From: Hydrolagus colliei
Taxonomy: Eukaryota
DNA length: 64,000 bases
Assembly: GCA_035084275.1 (NCBI GenBank)
Contig: CM068748.1
Location: forward strand, 4,464,001 to 4,528,000
Direction: 5' to 3'
The position numbers and the translations under genes are program-made. Positions 12,201 to 25,591 of the stretch are shown here, piece after piece (position 1 is the stretch's first letter; every line of letters begins with the position of its first letter). The notes beneath the pieces were generated by a model. The model saw nothing but the letters and a program-made list of their open reading frames with translations. It made no database searches and was not told where the DNA came from.

Positions 12201-14201
12201 CAGAGCTGGTTTGTTTTATAATTCCTTTAAGTGAATTGCACATACGTGAACAACAGCAACAGTACCTCTATGTGAAATGTTCTGAGCAGGGGATCGATTA
12301 TCACAATCCTTAACTCAGGGTCACCAACACAATTCTGGAATTTATCTGATATGAGAGCAGGTGAAACATGAAATTAGTTTAAATGGAAATTTGATTTGGT
12401 CATTGTAATTGGTTACACATTTCCATCAGGAATCCGTCCTAACTATGTGTTCAAACTGTTAGGTTTTCCATAAAGTAGAAAGCGTACAGAAGTCCCAATC
12501 ACATGTTTTCTGAATCGCTTCTGAGTGTCATGCATCTGACACATGTCTAGCTCAAACCTGATTGAAATATAGCAAAGTTTTGCCCTAAATTCTGACCCTT
12601 CTGGATGGAAAATATTGCTGTCTCGAAGAAACAGGAATTCTAGCACTGTGCACTGAAATAGTTTTGAAAGTTGCGATGTCTGAATTGGTGATATTTACTA
12701 TTGAGATTATTCTTTTTGCATGTCTCATTCAAAAAAAATGATGTTATGTGGCACACAATATGTTGCCTCCAACATTCAACAAACTGTTTTAAATATATTC
12801 CATATGTTGGTACTGTAACTGGATTTGACCTTTACATTCAAAGTTTAGTTTCTGAAATGTGGACTTTATTTTCAAGTCATAAACCTGTACTGTCTTTAGG
12901 ACTTTTCTTTTGCTTGGGTAGTGATAAATATGTACCAATTTCAGAGGGCAGAGGATTCTAAAGTAGTGTTTGCATTGAAGTCCAATGTTTCTTTTAAAAC
13001 AGCTCTTGTTACAGTGAGAAAGTTCATAATACATCATGAAAAGTGCAGCATATTCCATTGCCAATCTCAGTTACTGTTTCCACCATTTTGGATCTCCCCC
13101 ACCCCTCAAATTGGCCCCATCTTTTACATGCAGGAATTTCAGTTCCGCTGAACAAATTCTAGACAATGCTGCACTTTACAGGCCACTGAATTATGGAGTC
13201 CAGTTTTTTTTATTATGAAGAGTTACTCTACTAAAAATATTCTTTTAGAGAAAAACTGCTGACACTACATACATTGATGTATTGGTTGTAGCACAATTTA
13301 ACACACACTCTTGTTAAAAATCTCATTAAGTTGGACTTCCAGGACAAACACTAACTTGTGGATGTTAAGTTATTATGTTATCTGTTAAACTCTGAATCAT
13401 GTTGTGATGATTCTTATTGAGTTAAACTCACAAAATGCCAAACGATTATGAAATGTTATTGGTTTAGCAAGAAAACCATTGAAGGCAGCAATATAGACAG
13501 AATTATAGGTTAATATCATCCTAAGGGCAGTTGTTTGAAACCCATATAAATTTTGGCTGGTGAAAAGGTTACATTAGGTGGCTGTTTGTTCACCTTGCAT
13601 TTTCAATTCTTTCAGTGCTACGTCCCATCATGATTTGGGACATTAATTTAATTTTGACATATCATGCACATAACTAAAATAAATATTTAGCATGCTACAT
13701 TTGAAGTCATTTTCTCAACTCTGCAGACGCCATCAGCATATGCCATTTGAACTGAGATAATGAGTCCATATTTACTGAAGCATGCAAGGACTAATTGCCA
13801 AGGTGCTCTTGTCCACCTCTATCCAGTATCATTATGTGTGTAACAGTTTTGAATTACTGGGCTATTAAATTAAGCGTTTGCTTGAAACCGTACCTTAGTT
13901 TAGGTAATGCAAAATGAAAGTCTTGTATTTATTTTGGCAGTTCTCCATTATTAATAACATTTAAAATGAATGGGTAGCTTTAATTCTATATAAAATAATG
14001 ATGAACTGGTGGGTCGGAACAGCAGCTATTAATGTGATGACATAGTTGGGGCAACAATGGAGTGCTGCTTTTATGGTATATTTTCCACCTTCTTGCCAGT
14101 TGGATGTCACATGTGTGGAGTAAAATGGACAAAAGTAAAGTAGTCCTGCCAAAACGGGCACGTTTTTAAAAGTAAAACAAACTGGCAGCCTATCGTTCAC
14201 A

Positions 14202-14255
14202 TTTTAATGATTGAAAAGAGCTGACTATCCCTTGAGCTCTTTTCAATCATTAAAA
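14202..14255. repeat. Perfect inverted repeat (21-bp arms, 12-nt loop)
   Basis: ttttaatgattgaaaagagct-gactatcccttg-agctcttttcaatcattaaaa. Confidence 0.95.
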
Positions 14256-14409
14256 ATATCACCAGCAGAATGAGGCCATTGAGCTGCTCTCTGTGGATGT
14301 GTTGAAGCCCGCATGCTCAGAGCTGTGCCTTCCTCAACTTCAGAGCAATGCGAGTGGAGCGGCCAATATAAACGTGGCTTCCTGCTCAAGACCACTGCTG
14401 AAAATAGAA

Positions 14410-14700
14410 CTATTAGTGCAACCCATTGTGCAGCATAAAAGGGGCATTAATGTGACTGTGTCGATGATGTGAATGTCGTACAGTATGCACAAGGCAGGCG
14501 TTAGAGCCATTTTGATGATAAATCGGCATTATCACAGACTGAGCAATAAAAAAATTAACACCATGTTGAAGTCTGTTTATGCTATGATGATTACGGCAAA
14601 GAAGCATAAGTTTTTTTTTACTCTGCTAAAAAGAAAAAGTTGTGAATGCAGTCTCTAAGCCGAAAATAATGTTCACAGTAGTGTTTTGCATTAGAGAGAG
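14410..14700. promoter_or_regulatory. Candidate conserved non-coding element
   Basis: Repeat-free; HOX-like cataaaa/caataaaa, cattaatg, GATA (gataaa, ttatca), CCATTGT, retained CpGs. Confidence 0.35.
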
Positions 14701-15894
14701 GAACACAAACCAGTAGTGTAGTTAGGGTTTGGCATTATTGCTATTACTAAGGATGCTGTGTAGATGGGATGCACTTAGCTGAATAAAAACCTTATATACT
14801 GTATCTACAAACATATACACACACAAATATGCTTAGTTGGAGAGTGTTGGCAGAACAGGTTTGATGTTTGGTCAACTTGTTGATCTCACCTGGGCTGAAA
14901 GAGCCCGATCCCAAACCTATGACTTTTTATTTTAGATGGTGGTTAACCTGCTTTGGATTTTCCAGCATTTCTCTGTTTACTGCTGATCTCTCTACCTCTG
15001 GAATGAAGCCTGTCATCAGACATTTGAGCTACAATGATTGTTGAGGCGGCCTGAAGTGGCACTCAACTCTGTGACTGACCCTGTGGAGGTATTGAGCACT
15101 GATCCCTCCTCTCACAGTAATATTTCATGCAGTACAGAGCTTTTCTCCACACTAATGGGAAGAAATTGCACTGCGTCTAGATTTACTCTTATTTACATCG
15201 TGTCTGCAATTGTTTTGGGGGAAATTCTTGAATCCAGCCTTAATTGTGAAGCTCTTTTTTCTATGACCCATCAAGTGGATTTGGTTTTTCATACAGCCAG
15301 AAATAATGAAGTAATCTGATATTTTTGCTCTGCTTACAGTGAATAACAGAGTAGTGATTAAATTCATGTGCTTTAGATCAATTTTCTGTCAGGAATTGCC
15401 CAGATGAAAATTTCTTATATTTTAAAAATCAAGGACTATGAAAGTTGGTGCTTTCTTTGTGCATCTGAAGTATTAGTGTTGCCTGAGTAATTGCATTGGA
15501 TATATCAAGTTGAGGATGGCATTAATATTTGCATTATTTAATGCTGATGTTTGTCTGAAAAGTGACACCTGGCATATTTCTAGTGCCCTGGGTAGTGGCA
15601 GTAAACATCATCACCATTTATTAATGATGGGTCGAAATGGGTGGTAAATCTAATACTGCTGCATTGACCCTGTTTACGTATTTTCTAGCAGTCTTTAAAT
15701 TAATTGAGATCTGGGCACATGGTGAGACTCGAAATGGCAGATCTTTACTATTGGGAATATCTAACCCCGTGCACTTAATGTAGAAGGTTTTTTTTGGTGT
15801 TTCTGACATAGCTGCAAAGACATGTGAATGCCACTGTTTGCACACTCACTCTACATTTAGACAAAGAGAGAAAATAATAAGAGCATAACGTGAC

Positions 15895-16157
15895 TTGCAA
15901 TGATTGGCTTACGGGGGACTAGAACTATCCCAGTTCGTTTTTCATCCTAATTTTCCTTTAAATGTCCCTCTCCTTTGCTGACTGAGGTGACGGGATCAGG
16001 ATGCCTGAGGATGTTATAGCCAACTGTAGAATTCCATTGCTTCTTCAGCTGATTTTGCCCTCAGTCAACATGGATGAGGAATTCAATCTGGGACCTTCCT
16101 GGTATGTTTGGCACCATACCATACTATTGCAGTGCCCTTATCCACTGTACCTCTGGG
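15895..16157 (-). mobile_element. Diverged copy of unnamed SINE-like family
   Basis: Reverse complement agtggataagggcactgc...caggaaggtcccagattgaatt...ctacagttggc parallels the head of 35833-36400. Confidence 0.55.
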
Positions 16158-17004
16158 AAACTAATCCAGTTTAAGTAAGGTTTGAAATGAAAGAATTGAA
16201 TCGAACACACCGTTAAGTATTATATGTTCCAAACACAGCTGTTTTTTTTTCATCCAAATATTTAATATGGCCTTTATCCCTTTTGAGGGATAAAGTAGCA
16301 TTTCTATACCAAAATTAAATGTGTAACTGGATTTAAAACTGTTCAATTTGCTCAGAGAACTGGAAAAGGAATATGTGATCCCAGTTGGATCAGACTGTAG
16401 TATCTTCCTCCACATCCTTCATTTCCCCCTATTGACTGCTGGCTCATGTACCAGCTCATGCTGTGTCTCCCTGATTTCCGAGTTACTGATGTAGATACAG
16501 CACCCTGCTGCCAGTGCTTGTTAGTGTCAGCGTCACATAAACAACAGGTTTTGTGGCCCCATGTAGTCATTTTGCCTCAGCAAAATATTTCCCCCTTCAG
16601 ATGCATCTCTTTTGTGTATTCATTATATCGTGTATCCTTTCTTCTGTCATTTCTTCTGTCTATGCATGAATGTACAGAATCTATGTATTTTCCAACTCTT
16701 GATCTTTTCTTAACCCCTTAATGGTGAAGACTAGCAATACGGGAAGTACTTGTCTGATCTGTATGATGGGGGAAAAGTGCAAAATATTGCTTATCTTATA
16801 GTCGTCCTCATTTTACTACTTACTATGATATCCTCATTTTGATATTCATCTTCTTGTTGAGTCCTGTTATCTTGAATCTTGCTGAGTAGCAAGAGGCCAC
16901 TTCAGTACAATAGGTAAAGGAGGAATGTTAAGTATAAAAACAGAGAATGTGCTGCTGAGTTTTATGTATGGTTTTATACTAAGTTTTCCAAGTGCAAAAC
17001 CCAA

Positions 17005-17330
17005 GATGTTGAATCTGTAAAATACACTGGTTAGGCCACAGCTGGAATATTGAGTGTAATTTGGAGCACTGTATTATAGAAAACAGATCAGCTTTGGAGA
17101 AGGTGCAACCCAGATTTACTCAGGATGAGGCCAGGGATGAGTGGATATAGTTATGATTAAAGGCTTAAAAACCAAGTCTCTTCACTTGAGCAGAGAAAGG
17201 TTAAGATGGGATATAATAGAAGTGTTGAAATTTATGAAAGGACTTGAGAGGGCAAATGGTGAAAGATTGTTTCCACAAGTAAGTGAAATGGTAACAAGTG
17301 GGGACTGACTCAAGATTACTGCAAATCAGA
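17005..17330 (+). mobile_element. Decayed CR1 LINE ORF2 C-terminal fragment
   Basis: Frame-broken TLVRPQLEY...ALEKVQxRFTRM...LFP motifs typical of the CR1 reverse transcriptase C-terminus. Confidence 0.85.
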
Positions 17331-18840
17331 AAGAGGAGAGAGGGCATTTTAGAGGGAAACTTGAAATGTTGATATAAAAATGAGATTATGTCCTACAAAG
17401 TAAGACATTATTGCCTTATTGTTTGATGCTATATAAATGGGGAAAGTACTTACTATTAAACGCATTCCCTCAGTGGTATTCTGCACTAGCACTACATTGT
17501 ACCCCTGCTCCGATAAGTAAGGGAAGCAACTTTGTTAGGAATATAAAGATAGTTTCACGTATGCTGTGGAGTGTGGATAATAAAGTGTGCCATTTGTACA
17601 TCGACAGCATGTGCTTTCCAATGTGAGGGAAATGGTTCTATAAACTGTGAAGGAGTATGAATAGGTTGAGTGCAATATGATCCCAGCCAAGGAACAGTAA
17701 GATGGGTAGGAACCTTACCATCATATCAAAAATGTCAAAAACCATTGGCTGCTCTGAGAGATTGGCTGATGGCTTTTGACACATGTACACAAGATATAGT
17801 GAACCTATCTAATGTTTTTATCCATATTAATTAATATTTCAGTACAAAATCCTTGTCAGACATTGCATCTCTCCTGACATGTTAGCTTCCTTGTTGCACA
17901 CGGACATGTGTCAGATGATAATGTGTGATTCAATTATTCTTTACTTTGGTCCGAGAATTATTTAGATTGAACAAGTCAACAATTTTTGTAAACAAAACTG
18001 CAAAGATTGGAGAATATATTGAGCTTTGGAAGTGTGTACAGAAAAGGAAGAAAATAAAATCCTCATCAGCTTTTGTTGTGAAACTGGATTTTTTAAAAAG
18101 TCAAACTTTTCAGTATAGTATGAGAACATATTTTTTATAATATGCTAGTGCAGTGTTGCTTAGCCATTATTAATACTGTTGCTTTACAAATAATACGCAA
18201 ACCATGTGGTTTTAATGTACTTGAAAATGTATTTGAATTCCCACTGGAAAAGTCTGCTATATGTCCTTGGCACTTCAAAATGACTCATTGATTGGCCATC
18301 ACGCTAATGTGGTATTGTTGGCTTGTTAAATGCTTTTCAAATAATTATCAGAAAATGGCTTAGTACCATTACTGCAAAACAACGCTCAGATATTATTATT
18401 TTTCACTAGAGTTCCACAAGAATTTCTCTTGCTAGTTAATGCCATCTCGAAGTTTGTTTGTAACTTGCAATCAAGAGTACTATTTTCCGAAAGGCATGAG
18501 TGTTCTCCCCAGGAAAGAAATTCCTGGAATGTACACTCCAAACAAGGGGACATTTTGCATCCTAATTCTAGCAAATCAGCTATGTTTGATTCGTTCTTTC
18601 AAGAAAATTTCAATAAATATTTACTACTTTCTCAAGTGGATAATTCTTTTTCCTTGCGATCAATAGTTTTTAAGTGATTGATTGATTAGCGTGAGTTTTT
18701 TTTGTTTTTATTTTAGGGGCTATTTGTGAAATGGAATTCAGGTTATAATGGCAAAGTCTTTTGTAATCATGGTAGTTTCTCTCAAATGGTTGTACCATCT
18801 CTACTCGTGATCAGGTCTAATTTTTTCTACGAAGCGACAA

Positions 18841-19140
18841 GAGAATCCGCTCACCTTGCAAGCGTGAGATGCGTGTTCGAATCCAGGCAGGTCAGGGCGA
18901 TACCTTGGGCAAGTTTCCTTACTTGACATCCCTAACAATAATCCCTCCAAAAAAAAACACACAATAATAAAATTGGTCATTTGAATCCACGATTGTTTAT
19001 GGGACACTGCTGTGTGCAATTGGCTGCTCTGTTTCACCCTCAAATATACAGTCAATTCACTTTACAGTACATTCTGTGAAGCACTTTGAGACGTCTAGAA
19101 GATGTGAAAAAACACTATATCAAATGCAAGGATTATTATT
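18841..19140 (+). mobile_element. tRNA-derived SINE, near full length
   Basis: B-box gttcgaatcc, TGC anticodon-like loop, body matches 27731-28043, tail aaatgcaagga(tta)n. Confidence 0.9.
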
Positions 19141-20595
19141 AATTAGATGGACTGTCTTTTATTCAGTGAACAATTCTTTAATTGTATCATAACAAAAAAC
19201 GTCTGATTTATTTTGCATAAATAAGAAGAAATGCTCTCTGGAAGTCATGCCTGCATTTTGATACGTTCATGTAGCCACTTAATTATAAAGGAGCAATATT
19301 TAGACTGTTGCTGCAATTGATTTCACCCACCATACTGTTTTCTTGGACAGCAATTGTGAAAAAAAACGACACAACAACTTGAATGCATTAAAACACCACT
19401 CACACAGGATAGTGTCCCAAATGTTTTAAAAGAAAAAAGAAAATTGGGTGCAAAATGAAACTTTTTAAACAAATAAGAGATATATCATTGACTGGGAAAA
19501 GTGACAGATTCACTCATTGTGGAATCTGATGAGAGCTTTTTTCCATCTTACAGATGTATGGCATTGCTGGTGGACTGGCTCACTGCACATTCCCCCAAAT
19601 AATGAACGCAGTTTGGAGAGGTTATGATTGATAGATCTGTGTGAAAATTAGCCTGATCAGTTTGTTGGGACAGAAATTCAATATCCATATTTTCTGTAAA
19701 ACCATTACTGATTTCATTTCATTGACACAGGAATGTATTTCTGCAAAATTATTGTATTTATCTTTGAAATTACAACATTTAAGCTATCATTTACAATGTG
19801 TAGATGGAGTGCAACAAAATATTCAATTTAACTAAAAACTGAAAGGTCCTGTTGAAGATCAGTATCTCCTCTGCCTTCTCCTCTCCCACCATTTTCTTTC
19901 ACTATAAAATTGTAGATACCAAACAGCTGAAGTAGTAATTTTACAATGGCACAGTTCATGAAGATACGATGAAAAAATTATATGTATGCTTTCAAGAACT
20001 GTACAATACAACTGAATAAAATATGAGACAAAGCATCTTGCTGACAATTTAATGTAGAATGCACAAAATGTTATTGCGTGTAACACAATTATTAAACATT
20101 AAAGTATGGTTATACTAAAGGGACATGATTAATTGGATTTTGATGACTACATTCCAACTGCTTGAAAATGTTTGGGTAGATTGAAGAGCAAGGAGCTGTT
20201 TAAAATTGGAAGACCTTAGGAAAATAACAAACTCTGTGTCTGGCAAATTTGCCTAAATATATCATTTTGCATTTTATTTTGTACAGATCAAATAATCATG
20301 CGAATGCTTGTATGTCACATTTCTAAATGCTTTAATTATTGAACTGTCTGTGATGGCTCTGACTGGCTGAAAATGCTGTCATGACTACCTTTTACTAGCA
20401 TGAGGTCGTCTACCTGCTTGTTTGGAACCCAAAGAAAATATCAATTTGAAGGCTGGTAGACTGGTGGAAAAATGTGCATCCTGCTAACAGTATCTAGCTT
20501 GTCATTAAATATTGCTGTGGGAGTTGAAACACTCAATAGCAGGATGTAGAAATTGAGATTGTGGAACAGAATCATACAATAGTGAGGGGCTTAAT

Positions 20596-20735
20596 NNNNN
20601 NNNNNNNNNNNNNNNNNNNNNNNNNNNNNNNNNNNNNNNNNNNNNNNNNNNNNNNNNNNNNNNNNNNNNNNNNNNNNNNNNNNNNNNNNNNNNNNNNNNN
20701 NNNNNNNNNNNNNNNNNNNNNNNNNNNNNNNNNNN
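20596..20735. other. Assembly gap (140 N)
   Basis: Run of N. Confidence 1.
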
Positions 20736-23230
20736 TCTAATGTTGGATGTAAAGCTAAGCAGAGTGTTCTGGAGCTTTGCTTGATTTAGCATTGGAAAGC
20801 GGGGATGAACTTCACAAGATCATTCCTCAGGAGATTATATCGCAGAGTAGAGTCCATGATGGAGCAGATTGTTCATGGTCTGCGGGGGAAAAAAATGGGC
20901 TTTAGAGGCCAAATGGGCTTTTCTCAAACCATGTGCCCATGTATGTTGTGGTTTGTCAAAATGCACTGTAAAGTAAACTTTTCTGATCTAGTTATTTATT
21001 ATTTTACAAATTTCTATTTTTAAATTTCTATTTGAAAAAATAGAATTAATGTTTTATGTAATCCAGACCAAGTAGTCACTGTATTATTCTGGCACACAAT
21101 GACAACTTTTATAGTATTAGCTATAGCCCTTGAGAAATTCAAACACTATAGCACAATTTAATAACAAGCTGGATATTGTCTGATACCTACTACAGTACGT
21201 AGATCATTTAAGCTGCATCCTGGGTGGTGAATGGCAGTAATTTGTGCTGTATTGAGGGTGAAGAAGATTTTGTGAAACTCACCAGTAATACAATTTGCAC
21301 ACATGCAGTAGTTGTGAGTTGCACTGGATTTGCTCTTACGCTCAGAACTGTCAAGCCAAAGGCTTGAAAACTTTCAACTGACCATATGTTGCTCTCTAAT
21401 AACATTGCAAAACAAAAGCATGTGCGGAAGGCCACAACTGTGGATTGTATTTCCAATAGCCCCAATTCGAAGCAGGATGGAGTGAAAACATCAATCAAAA
21501 CACCCTACTTCATATTGTTATGCAGTATATAAATGTAATATGAGTGTCTCAGTCCTACTTGTCATTGGGTGCGTACAATGAATTGTTTCTTTTGTTCTGC
21601 TCCCTGTGGGTCAATACCTTGGTCTCTGTTTAGGACCATTCTCTAAGGCATTTCTATGGAAGATTGGAGCAATACTAATGCTTTACTAAATACTGCTTGT
21701 TGGAATATCACTGTTTATTAAATCAAATTGGTTAAAACCTGCAGAAATATTGAATTTGCATTGCAGTAATTCCACATTCCACAATAAGAGTTTAGTTTCA
21801 GCGGTAATAATAGTGGGAGTTATGAGTTGCTTTAGTTAGACGCACACTCCAATCTCGATCTTGATTTCACGCAATGCCCAAGTGCACACAAACACATGGA
21901 CATACATGCAGAGTACACATTAGGAACATGAACCTGAATTTGGATTATGCATTGCACAAACCATGACATTCTTGGCATGAGGGTAGATGAAACAGAAAAC
22001 AATGCCATATTGAAAATGACTCCTTATATAACGTTTTTCTGTTTTATTGTTGCATTGAATGTATAGCCTTCCTAAAACCCTGCCATAATTGTTATTTGGT
22101 CATTGATTTAAGTTAGATTTTCAGATTCAGATGGTTCTGTTTCTATTTAATTGTATTTACTTTTGGGTCTGACATAAATTAATACATAGTTAAGCAGCTC
22201 TGAATTCATACTTGGTAGTGTTTGTGAACTGTCAAGAAATTACCCAGTTATGTCATCAACATACTGGCTGACTGGTTCACCATCTGCTTTATGCCTTCAG
22301 ATTCAATTCATCAGACTTCCTTTTAGTAGTAAACATATGGATTTCACTACACAGTGAGAATCAGCATGGCAGCATTAAATTACTATACTTGCAATATGCT
22401 TGGCCATTTATATTAGCATAAAAATGTGACATTTGTTAAAAAAAATGCTGAGCCATCTGCATATTAAAGGTCTGAAGTTTAAAAAAAATTAAAGTCTTGA
22501 ATGTGAGGAAAATGCTATGAGCACATGTTTTTTTCAACGAGGAATATACCTGGAACTTGTGCCCTTCTGTATAAAACATCAAGCCATAAATCATCCTAAT
22601 ATTCTTACCGATAAATCTTGTACAACCTTTTTTTAATCCTCATTTGTTATTAATGACATGTAGAATTTAATGTTTTTTTTACTAACCATAATCCCAAACT
22701 GTGTCATTTTATTCATAATGCCTAACAGTGTAATAGGACACTCAACTTTTTTTTCCACAAGTCTTCATGCTAACTATTTCACACAAAATTATTGATGGCT
22801 TTCTTAAACTGTAATATGTTCTGTCATCAACTGGTGTGTGATGGATGCCTGGGAAAGCAGAGTCACCACAAAGTATGGTTTAAATTTAATTTTAACAGAG
22901 AAGCAAACATTAATAGTCTTTAAGTTTATTAAATATTAGGTTACTTCTTGAGGGCATTTAAAACATTCTAAATTAAATGAATTTTTCTACCCATGAATAG
23001 ATCAGTGATGAGGCCACATTTAGAATATTATGCGCAATTGTAGTTACCATACCTTCAAAATGCTGTCATGTTGCAGAATAGAAGATCAACAGGGATGAAT
23101 TGTGGGCAGAGAGCTCTTATTGAGAGAATTTAAAAGTAAACTTTGTGGAATATAAAAATATAGAATTGCACCCAACTGTTTTGGGGGGTTGTGTTTTTTC
23201 TTCCTATTTTGGTATTCTTTACATTTGATA

Positions 23231-23375
23231 TAATAAATAAATAATAATGATAATCCTTTCATTTGGTATAGAGCCTCATCGTGCATTCAAGTCGTCTCAA
23301 AGCGCTTCGCAGAATATACTGTAAAGCGAATTGACTGTATCTCTTGTGGGCAAAATGAGGCAGCCAATTCCACAC
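23231..23375 (-). mobile_element. tRNA-SINE 3' portion
   Basis: Reverse complement of the SINE tail and body (taataatgataatcct...ctcaaagcgcttc...gcagccaatt). Confidence 0.85.
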
Positions 23376-23744
23376 TACTTGTATTTGTAAGAATGATGTG
23401 AATAGCAACAGGACATGCTATTCCTGCTATATATTCAAATCAAAACCACACTCATCAAATCTGCTTGTTGTAGGCAAAGCACCTTTCATTGTAGGTGGTA
23501 GGTTTGAAAATCACGCCTGTATCTAAAAGTATCATCAGTTGAAAAAGGTTCTTTCCTGAAGGACCTGGTAAAATTAAGATCACAGCTGAACTCAATGGAA
23601 AAAGAGCATGAGATGCATCCTAAAAGCCCTATGAGAAAGCAATTGTTCTTTAACAGTATCTCCCTACTTCATGTACCCTATTTGCTCTGCTGTTGGGATA
23701 TCGTATTAGAGGAATGTACACAAAAAGTGTATTATACTTGCAAT

Positions 23745-23930
23745 AAGCTTTAAATAAATACCTGGACAGTGCTAGAGGTAGCTTTGCATTGCTTTCCCCT
23801 TTAACACATTTTTCCCTTCAACATGTTAGACGAGATAGATGTGTCGAACGAATCTTTTGGAAAGTTGTTCGGGTAGTTTGAAGGACCAATGATCTATTCC
23901 TGCCTAAAACTGTTACTATGCTACTATGTA
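23745..23930 (+). mobile_element. Degraded CR1-like 3' end
   Basis: tttaaataaatacctggaca...ggaccaatgatctattcctg ending in the short tandem tail gttactatgctactatg. Confidence 0.4.
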
Positions 23931-24335
23931 ACAGCTGCCACATGCCATGCTCCAGCAGAGAGGGTGTGATGTCTGAGACTGCCAGCTTCTCTATTGTCTC
24001 TCGGAATAGTGTTCCATGATTGGTTATTCAAGCAGAGCAGGCCTGATCCTGCCGTTCCGTGATGGAATGGCACCATCCACTTGGTACTACTTCCAGCAGC
24101 CTTGCCGAGACCTGACAAAGCTCACTCAACCGAGGCAAGGGAGGTGGCGTGACAGGCAACCCAGGGATTTACACTTCTAAACCTCTTGTTGGGAGTCAAG
24201 TGCTCAACTACTTGAGCCTCCATCCTACGTAACTTAAGAAAACCTCTTGATATACAGTGAGTAATTTAATCACGCACAATTTGCAATAAATGCAGCACAA
24301 AAGGGAAAATTGTGGTAGGTAACCCTTTATAATGC

Positions 24336-24401
24336 AATTTTGGGCACAAATATGAAACTGCAGTCTGTAAAGACTGCAGTTTCATATTTGTACCCAAAAT
24401 T
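24336..24401. repeat. Near-perfect inverted repeat (31-bp arms, 1 mismatch, GTAA loop)
   Basis: aattttgggcacaaatatgaaactgcagtct-gtaa-agactgcagtttcatatttgtacccaaaatt. Confidence 0.95.
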
Positions 24402-25001
24402 TTTAAGAGTAGGAAGGTTATAACGTAATAAGAGGTTTCAGATTACATCATAACACATGAGCTAAGCTCAAATGGTTCTTGGATGTAATGTAAACACACA
24501 ATTTAAATTGTAGCAATATGTTCACTCCCTGCCATTCCTGTATATATTTTCTTTAAAAAAGCAATTAATGAAGTAAAATGGTTAACACCAGTGCCAAAAG
24601 ATCGAAGCTAATTTGATGTCGTCATTGCAAAATAATAAGGTTGCGTGGTTCACAGGAAGATATAATAGGGGAATTATTTTTCAGTTCTGAAGCTGAATTA
24701 TGAAGGTATTAACAGCATAGAATGTATTGTAACAGGATTATATTTTCATTTTTTCAAAATGTACTATGAATTAAATTTCCAATGGTTGTATACATGTCTA
24801 TAATTTTACTTTACAATATGAGGCATTTAAAAGGAACGAAGCATGATTTTGCTGTTCTTAAAGTACATACTGTATTTGTACTACAACAAAAAATTTATGA
24901 AATTTCAAAATCTTTTTTCAGACTTTTGAATAATTTCTAATAGTTGTAGTTCCCAGTCCATCGATATTAGTTGTGACATTATTGTTCAGATTATATACGG
25001 A

Positions 25002-25591
25002 AATTCTCTCCTAGTCAGCCTCCCCAGTTCCTCCATTCATAGGCTGCAGACCATCCAAAACTCTGCAGCCCGTGTACTATCCCGCACTCGCCTCCGTGAC
25101 CACATAACCCCCACCCTCGCCCGTCTCCACTGGCTCCCCATCCTCCAGAGGATCGAATTTAAGATCCTCGTCCTCACCTACAAGGCCTTACACGGCCTTG
25201 CCCCGCCCTATTTAACCGATTTACTCTCCCCCTACACGCCCACCCGGACCCTCCGTTCAACAGGACTTGGCCTACTCCAAGCCCCCCGCCCGAACCGCCC
25301 CACCATCGGAGGCCGGGCCTTCAGTTTCTCCGCTCCCACCTTATGGAATGCCATCCCTCAATCCCTCCGTTTCGCCTCTTCCCTTTCCTCTTTCAAGGCC
25401 GATTTGAAGACTTTCCTCTTCGATCGTGCCTTTTGTTCCACCCCGAACTCTTTTACCTCCCCTTCGTGTTTCACCCTTTCCCAAACATTCCCCTCCCAGC
25501 TCGGGTCAAACGCCTCTTGTTTAGCGCCTTGGGACGTCCTCCCGACGTGAAAGGCGCTATATAAATGTAAATTGTTGTTGTTGTTGTTGTT
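25002..25591 (+). mobile_element. Young 5'-truncated L2 LINE (ORF2 C-terminus, 3' end and (TTG)n tail)
   Basis: Open frame NSLLVSLPSSSIHRLQTIQNSAARVLSRTRLRDHITPTLARLHWLPILQRIEFKILVLTYKALHGLAPPYL...GGRAFSFSAPTLWNAIP...FKADLKTFLF, a classic L2 ORF2 C-terminus. Confidence 0.95.
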
